Part shown: piece by piece, positions 60,924 through 64,000 of the stretch
How positions within the stretch are numbered: position 1 is the first letter of the stretch
Layout of the letters: each line of letters starts with the position of its first letter
Source of the DNA: Hyphomicrobiales bacterium
Lineage (GTDB): Bacteria; Pseudomonadota; Alphaproteobacteria; Rhizobiales; Xanthobacteraceae
Assembly (NCBI GenBank): GCA_038230475.1
Contig: JBBRNE010000012.1
Coordinates: 4,413 to 68,412, forward strand
Direction of reading: 5' to 3'
Length of the DNA: 64,000 nucleotides
Program-made: the position numbers and the translations under genes
Notes under the pieces: generated by a model
Told to the model about the DNA's origin: nothing
What the model saw: the letters and a program-made list of their open reading frames with translations, nothing else
Databases searched by the model: none

Positions 60924-62615
60924 TCAGCTTGCCAGCGAGACGTTGTGATCGCTGACCCGGACCAGCGCATGTTCGACCACGGTGTTGCGGCCGCGGCGTT
61001 TTGCAGCGTAGAGCGCAGCGTCCGCCGCTTCGATCAAATCATCCTGCGGCTGGGCTTCGCTCGGGGAGATCGATGCGACGCCGACGCTCACCGTAATTCG
61101 CTTCGCGGTGCTCATGCTATGCGGAATGGCGAGACCTTCGACACGCGCGCGAATCTGCTCGCCGATTTGCATCGCATTTGCTGCGTCGCTGTTCGGCAAC
61201 AGCAGACAGAATTCCTCGCCGCCGTAACGCGCCGCAAATCCTGACGCTTCGTTGGCAATTGCCGCGAGCGTTTCGCCGATGCGGCTCAGACACACGTCAC
61301 CCTCGGGATGACCGTAGGTGTCGTTAAAGAGCTTGAAATGATCGACGTCGATCATCAGCAGCGACATTGGCGTTTCTGTTTGTAGCGCCTTCATCCATTC
61401 GAATTCAAGACGGCCTTGCAGCCCACGGCGATTCGCAAGTCCCGAAATCATATCGACGGATGCAATCACCGTGAGCCTGTCATTGGCTGCGACCATCTCG
61501 CGTTCGCGCTCTGCAAGTTGTGACGCCATAACGTTGAACGCTCGTGTCAGAGGCGCGAATTCCTGCGGCATCCCGGTATTCGAGGCGCGAACGGAAAGAT
61601 CGCCGCGGCCAAAGCGGTTGGCCGTCGCGGTCATAGTCCGGATCGGGCGGATGATAAGACGTTCGCCGGCGAACCACGCACCGATCAACGCCAGAAGTCC
61701 GACCAGGCCGAGCTGTACATAGGCCGTCATAATGTCGCGATCGATATCGCCGAGCATTGTCGATTCGTTGATGCTCACAATCAGCCGAGCTTTGGTGCCT
61801 ATCACTCGCGCGAACGAAACGGCTTTCTTTTCACCGTCGGCCGATTCGAATGAAATCGAACCGGATTCGCGGTCGAGATTGATTTCACTGTGGGCGACGG
61901 TCTCAAGCAGCGATGTGTCCTTGAGATGGGTCCCGATCAGATTCTCATGTTCGGCTCGTGCTGCGAGAATTACGCCTTGGCTATCCACCAGCCACACGGA
62001 GACGCCGGCGCGGCTGATCCGCTCGTTCATCAGTTGCGCCATCCATTTCAAATCGATTGCTGCGATGATAACTGCCTCCGGTCCGCCATCGACGGCCGAA
62101 ACCGGGTAGCTTCCGACGAGAACCGGCTGGCTTGAGACACGGCTGAAGATGTAGTCGCTCAGGACGAATTCGTGAAATTCAAGCGCGCGTTTGAAGTAAT
62201 CGCGGTCGCCTAGATCGGTACCGACCATACCGGGCGTGGTGGAACATTGGACTTTGCCATCGGTTCCGAGAATCGAAAGATTTTTGATCCATGGCAGATC
62301 GACGCGAAGGCTCGCGCGCATGATGGCGCAGCCGCGACCCTGCTGCGATGCCGCCGAATAGATATACGCCGACGATTTCAAAACGGCTTGGACAGTTGAA
62401 ATGATCTCGCGCTGCGAATCTGCGGTATGCCGCGCCAATGCGGACAATTCGCCGGCTGCTTGCGTGACTTCCTTGGCGCGAGTGTCCTCGAGGACTCGAA
62501 CGCGATCGGCCATCAGCGGCACGACAAGAATCAGCGCGAGCAGCACCAGCCGCGCGCGAATTCCAAGAAGCGCCTTGAGTTTTGACGAGTTGCGGCCGAA
62601 ACTGACGATCGACAT
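60924..62615 (-). CDS. Membrane diguanylate cyclase (Cache-HAMP-GGEEF)
   Basis: Two TM helices flanking a Cache-like domain, [27 protein letters not shown]. Confidence 0.92.
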   Translation of the reverse strand: MSIVSFGRNSSKLKALLGIRARLVLLALILVVPLMADRVRVLEDTRAKEVTQAAGELSALARHTADSQREIISTVQAVLKSSAYIYSAASQQGRGCAIMRASLRVDLPWIKNLSILGTDGKVQCSTTPGMVGTDLGDRDYFKRALEFHEFVLSDYIFSRVSSQPVLVGSYPVSAVDGGPEAVIIAAIDLKWMAQLMNERISRAGVSVWLVDSQGVILAARAEHENLIGTHLKDTSLLETVAHSEINLDRESGSISFESADGEKKAVSFARVIGTKARLIVSINESTMLGDIDRDIMTAYVQLGLVGLLALIGAWFAGERLIIRPIRTMTATANRFGRGDLSVRASNTGMPQEFAPLTRAFNVMASQLAEREREMVAANDRLTVIASVDMISGLANRRGLQGRLEFEWMKALQTETPMSLLMIDVDHFKLFNDTYGHPEGDVCLSRIGETLAAIANEASGFAARYGGEEFCLLLPNSDAANAMQIGEQIRARVEGLAIPHSMSTAKRITVSVGVASISPSEAQPQDDLIEAADAALYAAKRRGRNTVVEHALVRVSDHNVSLAS

Positions 62616-62727
62616 CGTTCTTCCCCTTGCCCCCGCATTTGAAGCTAGGTCAAAGGCTTCAAAAAGCTTTCCCTCAATTTGCTAAAATTTGAACGATCCT
62701 GAATCACCTCATAACGGTACTATTCCC

Positions 62728-63429
62728 ATGTCTTCCGACAACGTATCATCGGTAACGACTGATTCACCACGCGGCCTTGCTGATGTTCGGAAGGAAATTG
62801 CGCGTGCATGCGACGAGGCGCGCCGCGATCCGTTGTCGGTCACATTGATTGCAGTTTCAAAGACGTTTGAAGCATCTGCGATCACGCCTGTCATCGCGGG
62901 CGGGCAACACGTTTTCGGCGAGAATCGCGTTCAGGAAGCCAAATCAAAATGGCCGGATTTGATGGCCACGCACCCTGGCATAGCGTTGCATTTGATCGGG
63001 CCCCTACAATCCAACAAAGCGAAGGAAGCGGTCGGGCTGTTCGACGCCATTCATTCAGTCGATCGCCCCAGCATTTGCGAAGCGTTAGCCAAGGAACTGG
63101 CGAAGCAAATCGTTAAGCAAGATCGGCGGCCGCAATTATTCGTTCAGCTCAACACCGGCGAAGAACCGCAGAAGGCCGGTATAGCGCCGCTCGACGCAGA
63201 TGCGTTCATTGCAGGTTGCCGCGAAAAATACGGCTTGGAAATTTCCGGACTGATGTGCATTCCGCCGGTCGATGAAGCGCCCGCACCGCATTTTGCATTG
63301 ACCGCGAAAATCGCCGAGCGCAACGGATTAAAATTATTGTCGATGGGGATGAGCGCGGATTTCGCGATTGCGATTCAATTTGGCGCAACGCATGTGCGCG
63401 TCGGTTCGGCGATTTTCGGCCACCGTTGA
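62728..63429 (+). CDS. yggS: PLP homeostasis protein YggS
   Basis: LIAVSKT, FGENRVQE, LHLIGPLQSNK, GLMCIPP, LSMGMSADF, VRVGSAIFG. Confidence 0.95.
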   Translation: MSSDNVSSVTTDSPRGLADVRKEIARACDEARRDPLSVTLIAVSKTFEASAITPVIAGGQHVFGENRVQEAKSKWPDLMATHPGIALHLIGPLQSNKAKEAVGLFDAIHSVDRPSICEALAKELAKQIVKQDRRPQLFVQLNTGEEPQKAGIAPLDADAFIAGCREKYGLEISGLMCIPPVDEAPAPHFALTAKIAERNGLKLLSMGMSADFAIAIQFGATHVRVGSAIFGHR

Positions 63430-63438
63430 AAATTCCTG

Positions 63439-63999
63439 CTAGCTAATCACGATGCTTGTCGAAGGACCGATCCGCGACAGAAGGCGTCGCATCGCGGATG
63501 CCGTCATTCCTACGCATCCGGCGGTTGGTGAATAGTTCTCGCGCGCCAGATGAAGAAAAACCGCGCTGCCGCGTCCGGCGATGCGAGGCCGCGTATTGTA
63601 ATCGATCTCAACAATAAAGTCGTAGAGGTGATCGTCACGCGTGAGGCGGTCGCCCGGCTGATCGCCGTCCCGTCTGATCGGCCTGTTATAGTGGCGATCC
63701 GTGGGATCTTCCGACCAGGCATCTGCCGGTTTGATCGCGCGCACTGGCAAAAAAGTGCGCGGTCGAATGTGACGATCGGCGCGCCACCACAATCGTACCG
63801 GACGAAATACGCCGCGCGGCGTCGCGCCGTCACCCTCGAACTTGTTGGATCTGATGCCGCCCCGACCCAGCGCAATCGGGGTCGCTTGGTTAGCCGCAAT
63901 GAGCCAACCCCGGCTCGGATGGCCGGCGCTTGCATGAATTCTGATCACTGAGAGCGGTTGATCACGCAGGCGTGTCCGGTAAGTCCTTGGAAAAATGAC
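63439..63999 (-). CDS. L,D-transpeptidase (YkuD-like) family protein; frame stays open to the window edge
   Basis: EGDGATPRG, W..DP....YN, AVFLHLAR..PTAGCV catalytic His/Cys; no in-frame stop upstream of 63948. Confidence 0.85.
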   Translation of the reverse strand, partial: VIFPRTYRTRLRDQPLSVIRIHASAGHPSRGWLIAANQATPIALGRGGIRSNKFEGDGATPRGVFRPVRLWWRADRHIRPRTFLPVRAIKPADAWSEDPTDRHYNRPIRRDGDQPGDRLTRDDHLYDFIVEIDYNTRPRIAGRGSAVFLHLARENYSPTAGCVGMTASAMRRLLSRIGPSTSIVIS

Positions 64000-64000
64000 G

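Noticed and set aside
60806-60970. ORF-track N-terminal extensions of leuS (also rph, hisA, hisB, mltA, mnmE, parA, secB)
   Set aside because: The extensions overlap neighbouring genes or promoters; conserved N-termini and RBSs support the downstream starts used here.

Overview
A core-chromosome window of an alphaproteobacterium. Gene order, protein sequences and repeat types fit the Nitrobacteraceae (Bradyrhizobium/Afipia-like), which is an inference. It very probably spans the replication origin: a ~500-bp AT-richer gap (47924-48422) holds DnaA-box-like 9-mers and five GANTC sites, genes diverge from it, and it is followed by hemJ-rho-mnmE-mnmG-rsmG-parA-parB with four parS palindromes. Other content: the pheT 3' end; nth/ada repair genes; the dnaK-dnaJ-pmtA-pyrF-dapB-gpmA run; hrcA/grpE; rph-rdgB-hemW; rsmI-yraN-gshB; comM with a perfect LexA box; a hybrid kinase; an olsB-like gene with a Pho-box-like site; coaA and his genes; hslV-GNAT-hslU; smr-mltA-tim44; secB; dnaQ-coaE-maf; holA-lptE-leuS; a diguanylate cyclase; and yggS. 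I saw no transposase, integrase, phage gene, CRISPR array, tRNA or rRNA. I found no clear multi-gene novel system. The most unusual signals are non-coding. At least five families of palindromic repeats are present. One splits the hemW 5' end and creates a doubly ATGA-coupled 28-codon ORF. A tail-to-tail pair of bulged hairpins upstream of holA appears to create a promoter. Several small accessory genes sit inside conserved operons. Start codons were chosen by eye, and family assignments come from motif recognition, not database searches.
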